Source: a virus | Lineage: Duplodnaviria; Caudoviricetes | Virus record (IMG/VR): IMGVR_UViG_3300037046_000017 | Span: 1 to 36,463 of that record | Strand: one strand, 5' to 3' | DNA: 36,463 bases | Shown here: positions 1-6,936 of the stretch, piece after piece | Position numbering within the stretch: the first letter of the stretch is position 1 | How the letters are laid out: each line of letters opens with the position of its first letter | Program-made: the position numbers and the translations under genes | The notes under the pieces: generated by a model | Database searches by the model: none | What the model saw: the letters and a program-made list of their open reading frames with translations, nothing else | What the model was told of the DNA's origin: nothing

Positions 1-30
1 GGTGCGCAAGAAGGAGAGCCGCACCGAGAA
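1..30 (+). repeat. Terminal direct repeat copy 1 (circularisation overlap)
   Basis: GGTGCGCAAGAAGGAGAGCCGCACCGAGAA identical to 36434-36463. Confidence 0.97.
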
Positions 31-586
31 GAAGCGCGACGGCTCGACCTACGAGCGCCCGCACTACGACGTGATCTGCGAGAGCAAGGCCTTTCGCAAC
101 GGCGTGCTGTCGGTGCTGCCGCAGTCGGTGATCCGCGAGTTCAAGGAGCGCTGCCTGAAGGCGGGCAGCACGTCGCAGGAGGCGACCATCCAGCAGCGGC
201 GCGCCGCCGCCGGAGCCCACGCGGCCAAGAACGGCATCACGCTGGACCGCGGCGCGCTCGAAGGCTTGACCTACGATGAACTGACCGGTCTGGCCGCGGC
301 CGCCGGGCAGGGCCTGGACCAGTTCAAGCGGTCTGCCATGGCGCTGGGCCTGATTCCTGGCGTTGACCCGGGCACGGGCGAGGCGCCACCGCCCCCGGCC
401 CCTCCCGCTACCCCGCGCCAGCCCAGCCCGCCGCCTGCCGCGACGCCGGCGCCCGCGACCGCAGATGACGCCGGCTTCGGTGATGTCGATGCCGATCCGG
501 CCGCCAGCGCCACCGGTGCGACCCAGGCGCAGGCGCCGGCCGCTCCCGCTGGCCGTCGCGCCCGCAACTCGATCAACGCCGAGTGA
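2..586 (+). CDS. C-terminal part of putative single-strand annealing/recombination protein (continues from 35994; 341 aa joined)
   Basis: In frame across the junction; ESKAFRNGVLSVLP motif; Pro/Ala-rich disordered tail; lies between a PD-(D/E)XK nuclease and an SMC-like ATPase. Confidence 0.65.
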   Translation: MRKKESRTEKKRDGSTYERPHYDVICESKAFRNGVLSVLPQSVIREFKERCLKAGSTSQEATIQQRRAAAGAHAAKNGITLDRGALEGLTYDELTGLAAAAGQGLDQFKRSAMALGLIPGVDPGTGEAPPPPAPPATPRQPSPPPAATPAPATADDAGFGDVDADPAASATGATQAQAPAAPAGRRARNSINAE

Positions 587-593
587 GGTACGC

Positions 594-2399
594 ATGAAGA
601 TCGAACGCATCTACGCCTCGCACTTCCTGGGCCTCGCCGCAGTCGACGTGGGCACCCGGCAGCACGTGCAGCTGTTCGCCGGGGCTAACGGGGCAGGAAA
701 GTCCTCGCTGCGCGACGCGGTGGCCCTGGCGCTCACGGCAGACCTGGGCCGCGTGAGCCTGAAGAAGGAGGCGCCGGCCCTGATCCGCGACGGCGCCGAC
801 CTGGCGGTGGTCGAGCTGAAGACCGTCGACGGCGACGAGTACCGCGTCAGCATCAACCGCAGCGGCAAGATCACCGACAGCTGCAGCGGTCGCCAGACTG
901 ACCCGGTGCTGGCCTACGTGCTGGACGCTCAGCGGGTGGCCGGCCTCACGCCGGGCGAGCGCCGCGCGTTCCTGTTCGAGCTGATGGGCCTGAAGACCGA
1001 GCCGGCAGCTGTCAAGGAACGCTTGACAGCTCGAGGCTGCGACGCGGCGCGGGTCGAGCGCATCGCGCCGCTGCTGCGCTCGGGCTTCGACGCCGCGGCC
1101 AAGGAAGCCAAGGCCAAGGCCACCGAGGCCAAGGGCGCCTGGCGCGCGGCCACCGGCGAAACCTACGGCAGCGAGAAAGGCAAGACCTGGCGCGCTGCGG
1201 TCCCGGCCTATGACGCCGCCGCGGCCAAGCGCGTGGATACCGAGCTGCAGCACCTGGACGTAGCCGCCGAGCAGTGGCAGCGCCAGGTGGGCGCGCTGCA
1301 AGCCGAAGAGACACGACGCGCCGCCCTGCGGGCCAAGCTGCCTGCGCTGACTGAACACGCTGCGCGCGTGGGCCGCATCGAGACGAAGCTGGGCACCGAT
1401 GAGGCCACGCTGGCCGACGTGGCGCAGCAGCTGCAAGGGCTGCAGCAGCAAGCCGGTACCGCCCCGCGCAAGGGGCTGGTGCACGACATGGCCCGCACCT
1501 TCACCGACCTGCTGGCGGTGCTGCCGACACCCGCCGACAGCCAGGCGCACGCCAAGCAGTGGGACGCAGCCCTGGACGTGCTGGACACCTACGCGGCCGA
1601 GCACGGCCCGGTCTATGCCGAGGCGGGCAGCAACGCCGAAGCCGCCGCCAAGCTGCCCGATCTGCAGCGAGCGCACGCCACCGCCACCAGCGCGGTGGCC
1701 AACGACAAGCGCGACCTGGCCGCAGCGCAGCAGGCCCAGGCCGAGGCCGCCGCCATCGAGGCCGAGCTCGCCGAGACTTTCGACGCCGCCGGCCTGGCCG
1801 AAGCGCGCACCAAGGTCGACGAGTTCAAGGCGCAGCGCGTGACGCTGGTGGCCAAGCTCGAGGCCTTCCGATCCGTGAAGGCCGCCATCGACGCTGCCGA
1901 CACGAAGACGAAGCAGGCCGCCCAGCACCACGCCGACGTGGTGGCCTGGGACGCCCTGGCCGACGCACTGGGCCCGGACGGTATTCCCGGCGAGATGCTG
2001 GCCGAGGCACTTGGGCCGATGAACGAGCGCATGGCATCCAGCGCCGTCGACACCGACTGGCCCACCGTGGTCATCGACGCCGACATGGCCATCACCGCCG
2101 GCGGCCGGCCCTACCGGCTGCTGAGCGAGTCCGAGCGCTGGCGCGTTGACGCGGTGCTGGCCGAAGCCGTGGCGCAGCTGTCCGGCGCCCGGCTGCTGGT
2201 GCTGGACCGCTTCGACGTGCTGGACCTGACCGGCCGCTCGCAGCTGCTGGGCTGGCTGGACGTTCTGGCCGAGACCGGCGAGATCGACACAGCCCTGATC
2301 TTCGGCACGCTCAAGGCGCTGCCGGCGAACCTCCCTGAAACCATCGGCGCGCACTGGATCGAGAACGGTGTCGTCGGCCAACTGAAAGCCGCAGCATGA
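594..2399 (+). CDS. Rad50/SbcC-like coiled-coil ATPase
   Basis: ATG at 594 after GAGG; Walker A GANGAGKSS, long coiled coil, signature-like LSESE, Walker B-like LLVLDRFD. Confidence 0.85.
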   Translation: MKIERIYASHFLGLAAVDVGTRQHVQLFAGANGAGKSSLRDAVALALTADLGRVSLKKEAPALIRDGADLAVVELKTVDGDEYRVSINRSGKITDSCSGRQTDPVLAYVLDAQRVAGLTPGERRAFLFELMGLKTEPAAVKERLTARGCDAARVERIAPLLRSGFDAAAKEAKAKATEAKGAWRAATGETYGSEKGKTWRAAVPAYDAAAAKRVDTELQHLDVAAEQWQRQVGALQAEETRRAALRAKLPALTEHAARVGRIETKLGTDEATLADVAQQLQGLQQQAGTAPRKGLVHDMARTFTDLLAVLPTPADSQAHAKQWDAALDVLDTYAAEHGPVYAEAGSNAEAAAKLPDLQRAHATATSAVANDKRDLAAAQQAQAEAAAIEAELAETFDAAGLAEARTKVDEFKAQRVTLVAKLEAFRSVKAAIDAADTKTKQAAQHHADVVAWDALADALGPDGIPGEMLAEALGPMNERMASSAVDTDWPTVVIDADMAITAGGRPYRLLSESERWRVDAVLAEAVAQLSGARLLVLDRFDVLDLTGRSQLLGWLDVLAETGEIDTALIFGTLKALPANLPETIGAHWIENGVVGQLKAAA

Positions 2400-3028
2400 A
2401 CATCGCCCTTGCCTACGATACGGAGACGACCGGCCTGCCGCTCTTCAAGGAGCCCAGCGAGCACCCCGACCAGCCGCACATCGTGCAGCTCGGCGCGATG
2501 CTGGTGGACCTGGACACCTGGAAGACCATCGCCAGCCTGGACGTGATCGTGAAGCCCGACGGCTGGACGATCCCCGACGACGTGGCGGCCATCCACGGCA
2601 TCACCACCGAGCATGCGCTGGCAGTCGGCGTGAGCGAGTCGATGGCGCTGGGCATGCTGCTGGAGCTGTGGGACGGCGCCACACCGCGCCTGCGCATCGC
2701 GCACAACGAACAGTTCGACGCCCGCATCGTGCGCATCGCGCTGATGCGCCACGAGGACGACCCGCTCGCCGACCGCTGGAAGGAAGGCCGGGCCGAGTGC
2801 ACGCAGGCGCTGTCCACGCCCATCCTGAAGCTGCCGCCCACAGAGAAGATGGTCCGCGCGGGCTTCACGAAGCACAAGAGCGCGAACCTGCGCGAGGCCT
2901 ACCAGTTCTTCACCGGCAAGCCGCTGCAGAACGCCCACAGCGCCATGGCCGACGTGCGCGGCTGTCTCGCTGTGTACCGCGCCATCAAGTCCGGCCAGCG
3001 CACTGCGGCGGAAGCCGTGCCCGCCTGA
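2396..3028 (+). CDS. DEDDh 3'-5' exonuclease (DnaQ-like)
   Basis: YDTETTG (ExoI), AHNEQFD (ExoII), HSAMADV (ExoIII); ATGA coupling. Confidence 0.92.
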   Translation: MNIALAYDTETTGLPLFKEPSEHPDQPHIVQLGAMLVDLDTWKTIASLDVIVKPDGWTIPDDVAAIHGITTEHALAVGVSESMALGMLLELWDGATPRLRIAHNEQFDARIVRIALMRHEDDPLADRWKEGRAECTQALSTPILKLPPTEKMVRAGFTKHKSANLREAYQFFTGKPLQNAHSAMADVRGCLAVYRAIKSGQRTAAEAVPA

Positions 3029-3038
3029 ACCCATTTCC

Positions 3039-3124
3039 GGGCGCGCCAGCCCGGGCGTCAGCTTCTCCTCCCTGAGCACAACGACTGCCCTGGCTGCACT
3101 GCGAAAGCGGTCGCCTTCTTTCTT
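3039..3124 (+). ncRNA. Candidate structured RNA (three-way junction, anti-SD loop, GNRA hairpin)
   Basis: Manual pairing: 3039-43/3112-16; 3047-59/3083-96; loop TCTCCTCCCTG 3064-74; ACTGC-GAAA-GCGGT 3098-3111; U-rich tail. Confidence 0.5.
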
Positions 3125-3146
3125 CCTCACCACCACCGGAGACCCC

Positions 3147-4004
3147 ATGTTCCAACTGATGACCACCACCGAATGCGAGCTGACGCAGTTCACCGGACGC
3201 ACGCAGAAGAGCGGCCGCGACGATGTTCCAGCCGTGAGCCTGCGCCTGAAGATCAAGAGCGCGAAGAACACGCTTCTCGACATGCTGAGTCCGACGATCC
3301 GCGAGGTGATCTACGCGCCCGTGGAAGGCCAGGAGCAACTGCCAGGCGTGGAGATCGTCACGCCGGTGCTGCGCTGCCCCGACATGAAGACCTGGAAGAG
3401 CGAGGTCGTGCACGAGGGCTGGAAGCTCTTCATCTCGCGCGGCATCGAAGAAGACGGCGGCCTGCAGATGGGCTCGTGCAAGGTGGACGAGTTCACCTTC
3501 GACCTTTACCAAGGTGGGCACGTCGACTGCGAGTTCCGCATCAGCACCGCCGATCTGGACGAAGAAGGCGCGGGCATGCTCTGGGGGCGCCAGAAGCGCA
3601 AGGTGTTCGTGCAGCTGCACGCGCCCGAAATGCCTGCGGCTGGCGCTACAGAGGCCACCGGCGCAGCCATCGACGGCACCGTGGGCCACCCGGGCGCCGC
3701 TGGCCAGGGCTCGCTGCTGGGAGATGGCGACGATGACGACGGCCCGGGAGACGACGGCCTGGGCGGCTTCGACGATGACCTGGAGCGCAGCGATGACGGT
3801 GCCGCAGAGCAGCCCACCGACCCGCAGCGCGGCGAGAACTGGCCCTTCCCGACTGGTGGCGCCAAGACCGACGAGCAGCTGGCCGCCGAGCGCGAGCAGG
3901 CCGAGCTCGAGGCCGGCATGCAGCAGGCCATCGACAAGGCCGGAGTGGCGCCCAAGGGTGCGCGGCGTCAGCGCAAGGTGGCAGCGGTGGGAGCGGTGGA
4001 GTGA
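3147..4004 (+). CDS. Hypothetical phage protein with acidic disordered C-terminus
   Basis: GGAG RBS, codon usage like neighbours, globular N-terminal ~160 aa. Confidence 0.85.
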   Translation: MFQLMTTTECELTQFTGRTQKSGRDDVPAVSLRLKIKSAKNTLLDMLSPTIREVIYAPVEGQEQLPGVEIVTPVLRCPDMKTWKSEVVHEGWKLFISRGIEEDGGLQMGSCKVDEFTFDLYQGGHVDCEFRISTADLDEEGAGMLWGRQKRKVFVQLHAPEMPAAGATEATGAAIDGTVGHPGAAGQGSLLGDGDDDDGPGDDGLGGFDDDLERSDDGAAEQPTDPQRGENWPFPTGGAKTDEQLAAEREQAELEAGMQQAIDKAGVAPKGARRQRKVAAVGAVE

Positions 4005-4243
4005 GCTCTGTCCGCTCCAGAAACACGCCGACGCCTCGTGACCTGCAGGTGCTGGCCGTGGTGCGGCGCCACTACCGCAGGCACGGGCACGCCCCGACCC
4101 GCGCCGAGATCGCGGCCGAGCTGGGTTTCAGCCGGCCGACGGCCGAAGGCCACTTGCAGGCGCTGCAGCAGTGCAAGCTGGTGGTGCTGCGTACCGAGTG
4201 GCGCGGGATCTTCCTGACTGCGAAAGCTGCGGCCGGAGGCTGA
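4001..4243 (+). CDS. Stand-alone LexA-type winged-helix DNA-binding domain protein
   Basis: TPRDLQVL...APTRAEIAAELGFSRPTAEGHLQAL...RGIFL resembles the LexA N-terminal domain; no peptidase domain; GTGA coupling. Confidence 0.85.
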   Translation: MSSVRSRNTPTPRDLQVLAVVRRHYRRHGHAPTRAEIAAELGFSRPTAEGHLQALQQCKLVVLRTEWRGIFLTAKAAAGG

Positions 4244-4244
4244 G

Positions 4245-4676
4245 TTGCCCATCAAGCCCGAGAACCGCGCGCGCTATCCGAAGGACTGGCCGGCGATCAG
4301 CCTGGCGGCCCGCGAGCGCGCCGGTTGGAAGTGCCAGCACCCGGGCTGCAACGCGCGGCAGTACGCCTTCGGCGTTTGGGATGGACCTGGCGGGTTCTTC
4401 TTCGAGTTCGGCCGCGAGCCCACCTACGGCGAGGCGCGCCAGCGCGCAGCGGAAGAGAGCTTCGCGCGTCACGGAGACGGCCCGGCGCCGGCCGACGAGA
4501 AGATTATCGTCATCGTGCTGACCGTGGCCCACATGGACCACCAGCCGGAGAACTGCGCTCCGGAGAACCTGGCCGCCATGTGCCAACGCCACCACCTGGC
4601 CTATGACGCGCGCCACCACACGCAGACGGCCTACGCCACCCGCAAGGCCGCGTGCGGCACGCTGGAGCTGTTCTGA
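4245..4676 (+). CDS. HNH-like zinc-binding endonuclease family protein
   Basis: MPIKPENRARYPKDW start, CxxxxC, LTVAHMDHQPENCAPENLAAMCQRHH; TTG start. Confidence 0.75.
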   Translation: MPIKPENRARYPKDWPAISLAARERAGWKCQHPGCNARQYAFGVWDGPGGFFFEFGREPTYGEARQRAAEESFARHGDGPAPADEKIIVIVLTVAHMDHQPENCAPENLAAMCQRHHLAYDARHHTQTAYATRKAACGTLELF

Positions 4677-4912
4677 TGGCCCGCGACTTTGCATCGGACC
4701 CGACCTGGACCGAGCGCTACAACCTCGGCAAGATGCTCAACCAGCACTTGGATGCTCAGTGCACGCTGCAAGATCTCGGCGACGAACTCGGCGTCAGCAA
4801 GCAGAACGCCTACACCGAGTCGGTTCTGGCTCTGGGGAGCCTGGGTTGGGCGCTGTGCAAGCGGCTCGGGCTGTCGCCAAGCGATGCGATGCGGATGCTG
4901 CGGGGCCAATGA
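4676..4912 (+). CDS. Small HTH DNA-binding protein
   Basis: TGATG coupling; TLQDLGDELGVSKQNA helix-turn-helix pattern. Confidence 0.65.
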   Translation: MARDFASDPTWTERYNLGKMLNQHLDAQCTLQDLGDELGVSKQNAYTESVLALGSLGWALCKRLGLSPSDAMRMLRGQ

Positions 4913-5142
4913 TGCTCCCGCCCTATCTCACCGACGCCGAGCTGGCGGAGATCTGCAGGCCCCGAACCCAGGGGGCCGCGCAGATCCGCTACTTGCGCGC
5001 GCTGGGTCTGAAGGTCGAGCGCCGCGCGGACGGTACGCCCCTGGTCTGGCGGCACGACGTCGAGCGCCGCCAAGCCCCGCCAGCGACAGGCACTACAGTG
5101 GGCGCCTCCAACGAGCCGGCCTGGAGCCGCACCGCCGCATGA
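4909..5142 (+). CDS. Excisionase-like protein (DUF4224-like)
   Basis: YLTDAELAEICRPRTQGAAQIRYLRALGLKVERRADGTPLV; immediately upstream of and coupled to int. Confidence 0.8.
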   Translation: MMLPPYLTDAELAEICRPRTQGAAQIRYLRALGLKVERRADGTPLVWRHDVERRQAPPATGTTVGASNEPAWSRTAA

Positions 5143-6191
5143 GCCGTCAACGTGACCGCGCCAGCGCAGAAGGGCTGCTGCCCTTGATGGAGTCGCGGCC
5201 GTGGAAGGACGGCAAGACGGTCAGCTACCGCTACCACCCACTCGGCGGCAAGCCCACGCCCTGGACCACCGACAAGGCCGCGGTGATCGAGCAGGTGCTG
5301 CAGCTCACGCGCCGCGCGCCCGACAGTGGCACCGTCGCCGAGATGTGGCGCCTCTACAAGAAGACCTCCGACTGGCAGGCTCTGGCCGCCGGCACGCAGA
5401 CCGACTACGAGCTGTGCTGGACGCAGCTGGAGCCCCGGTTCGGCAAGATGCAGCCGCGCGCCATCACGGCGCTGCACTGCCGCCGCTACCTGCGTCACGA
5501 GCGCGCCGATGCACCGGTGCGCGCAAACCGCGAGATGGCGGTCCTGTCGAACCTGCTCAACGTCGCCATCGACACCGGCGACGCCGACATCAACGTCTGC
5601 CGGCACGTGCGGCGCAACAAGGAGCGGCCGCGCAGCCTGGCGCCGGCGGTGGTGACGCTGCAGCGCTTCATCGGCTGGGCCTGGGCCCGCGGTGGCCAGG
5701 CGGCCGTGCTCGCCGGCATGGCCGAGTTCGCGGCCTGCAGCGGCAACCGGCGCATCGAGTTCCGGCAGCTGCACTGGCCGCAGATCGGCGACACCGAGAT
5801 CCGCATGGTCCGCGCGAAACAGCGCGCCGGTGACGACCCCATCGTCGAGGTGATCGAACTCTCGCCGGCGCTGGCCGCGCTGCTGGCCAGGATGCGATCG
5901 ATCACGGGGCATGACAAGACGGGGCCGGTCTTCAGGGCCGCGCGCGGCGGCGCGTTCAAGGAGCGCGGGTTCAAGTCGGCGTGGACGCGGCTGCGGAACG
6001 AGGCGATGGACTGCAGCGCCGGGCCACCCGTGCTCACGCCGGAGACGCGCTTCACTTTCCACGACGTGCGCGCCTTCTTCGTGACCGAGCACAAGCGCCA
6101 GCGCGGCAATCTGCCCGACCTGCACAAGGATCCGGCCACCACGGCGCGGGTCTACGATCGGTCGAAACAGGTGAATCGGAGGGCGCTGTGA
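5139..6191 (+). CDS. int: Tyrosine integrase
   Basis: Catalytic R (GNRRIE), HxxR (FTFHDVRA), H (LHKD), Y (RVYDR); adjacent to att core. Confidence 0.95.
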   Translation: MSRQRDRASAEGLLPLMESRPWKDGKTVSYRYHPLGGKPTPWTTDKAAVIEQVLQLTRRAPDSGTVAEMWRLYKKTSDWQALAAGTQTDYELCWTQLEPRFGKMQPRAITALHCRRYLRHERADAPVRANREMAVLSNLLNVAIDTGDADINVCRHVRRNKERPRSLAPAVVTLQRFIGWAWARGGQAAVLAGMAEFAACSGNRRIEFRQLHWPQIGDTEIRMVRAKQRAGDDPIVEVIELSPALAALLARMRSITGHDKTGPVFRAARGGAFKERGFKSAWTRLRNEAMDCSAGPPVLTPETRFTFHDVRAFFVTEHKRQRGNLPDLHKDPATTARVYDRSKQVNRRAL

Positions 6192-6234
6192 TTTCCTACG
6201 GCCCCGGGAGCGCATTTCCTACGGCCACAAATAG

Positions 6235-6278
6235 AAAACGCCGACAGCAGCTAAGTGCTTGTCGGCGTTACTGTTTTT
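6235..6278. terminator. Bidirectional intrinsic terminator-like hairpin between int and the tRNA fragment
   Basis: AACGCCGACA 6237-46 pairs with TGTCGGCGTT 6260-69; A/T runs on both sides. Confidence 0.75.
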
Positions 6279-6327
6279 TGGGGTGGCTGATGGGACTCGA
6301 ACCCACGACGACCAGAATCACAATCTG
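6279..6327 (-). tRNA. attP core: 3' half of tRNA-His(GUG), from anticodon arm to CCA (not a full tRNA gene)
   Basis: Reverse complement CAGATTGTGATTCTGGTCGTCGTGGGTTCGAGTCCCATCAGCCACCCCA has the GTG anticodon, T-loop GTTCGA and CCA end; no D-arm upstream. Confidence 0.92.
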
Positions 6328-6430
6328 AGCCGTCATCAAGCATCCATGCGGGTTATCGGCCTGCCGTGGGAAATTCAGGCGGAAACTGCAGCGAGGATCG
6401 GTGCGGGTCCTGGGGCTCCATTTCCCGCCG

Positions 6431-6802
6431 TCAGGCGCCGCGCAGCGCGGCCAAGGCTTTCGCAACGGCAGTCCACCCGCCCAGGCTGTAGATGCCGAAT
6501 CCGACCAGGGCGAAGAGCGCCAGCTTCCTCAGCACGACGGCTACCGACCCGAGCAGCCAGCCGCCGGCTTCGCGTGCGGCGTGCGCTTGCATGGCGTCGG
6601 TGGCGCGCGTCCAGAAGAGCGGGTTCGAGACCGCGCGCATCAGGCCGAGTTCGACGGCCTCGGCCACCTGCTCCGGCTTGATCGCGAGCGCGCGGGCCTC
6701 GGTCACGTCGTCTTGTATCTCGCCAACGGCCTTCCAGAGGGCCTTCTCCGCTCGCGTCTCAAGCGAGTCCCGGCCGGGTGTGATGGGGGGTGGCGTAGTC
6801 AT
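6431..6802 (-). CDS. Membrane protein, last gene of late arm (holin/lysis candidate)
   Basis: 123 aa from MTTPPP; C-terminal hydrophobic segment LALFALVGFGIYSLGGW. Confidence 0.6.
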   Translation of the reverse strand: MTTPPPITPGRDSLETRAEKALWKAVGEIQDDVTEARALAIKPEQVAEAVELGLMRAVSNPLFWTRATDAMQAHAAREAGGWLLGSVAVVLRKLALFALVGFGIYSLGGWTAVAKALAALRGA

Positions 6803-6843
6803 GTGGAGGTGCAGTTCATGGAGGTTTGCGGTAGCCTGCGGGC

Positions 6844-6936
6844 ATGGACATCTGGGCCTATCTCGATCCGACCAAGATGGGGGTGCTGTGCGGCGGCCTG
6901 TTACTGGCCCTGTGGTCCTGGTGGCGCGAAAAGTAG
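6844..6936 (+). CDS. Putative leaderless 30-aa transmembrane peptide MDIWAYLDPTKMGVLCGGLLLALWSWWREK
   Basis: Read manually (below ORF-track cutoff); TAGCCT -10-like hexamer at 6832-37, 6 nt before ATG; single TM-like stretch with Trp/charged end. Confidence 0.5.
   Translation: MDIWAYLDPTKMGVLCGGLLLALWSWWREK

Larger units (their letters stand above)
6191..6374. repeat. Putative integrase arm-type sites flanking the att core
   Basis: ATTTCCTACGGCC at 6191-6203 and 6214-6226; inverted near copy GCCGTGGGAAAT at 6363-6374. Confidence 0.7.

Noticed and set aside
1-30. Biological direct terminal repeat
   Set aside because: Falls mid-gene and is only 30 bp; best explained as assembler overlap of a circular or permuted genome
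573-2381. Long antisense or alternate-frame ORFs (573-2381, 4989-6215, 20574-22376, most of 6431-8830, 32858-34276, etc.)
   Set aside because: Shadow ORFs expected at high GC; the overlapping frame has clear motifs and coupling
3072-3106. Hammerhead ribozyme (CTGAGCA...GAAA)
   Set aside because: Core should be CUGANGA; here it is CUGAGCA and the GAAA is a tetraloop
6279-6360. Full phage-encoded tRNA-His
   Set aside because: Similarity stops at the anticodon stem; no D-arm or 5' acceptor strand
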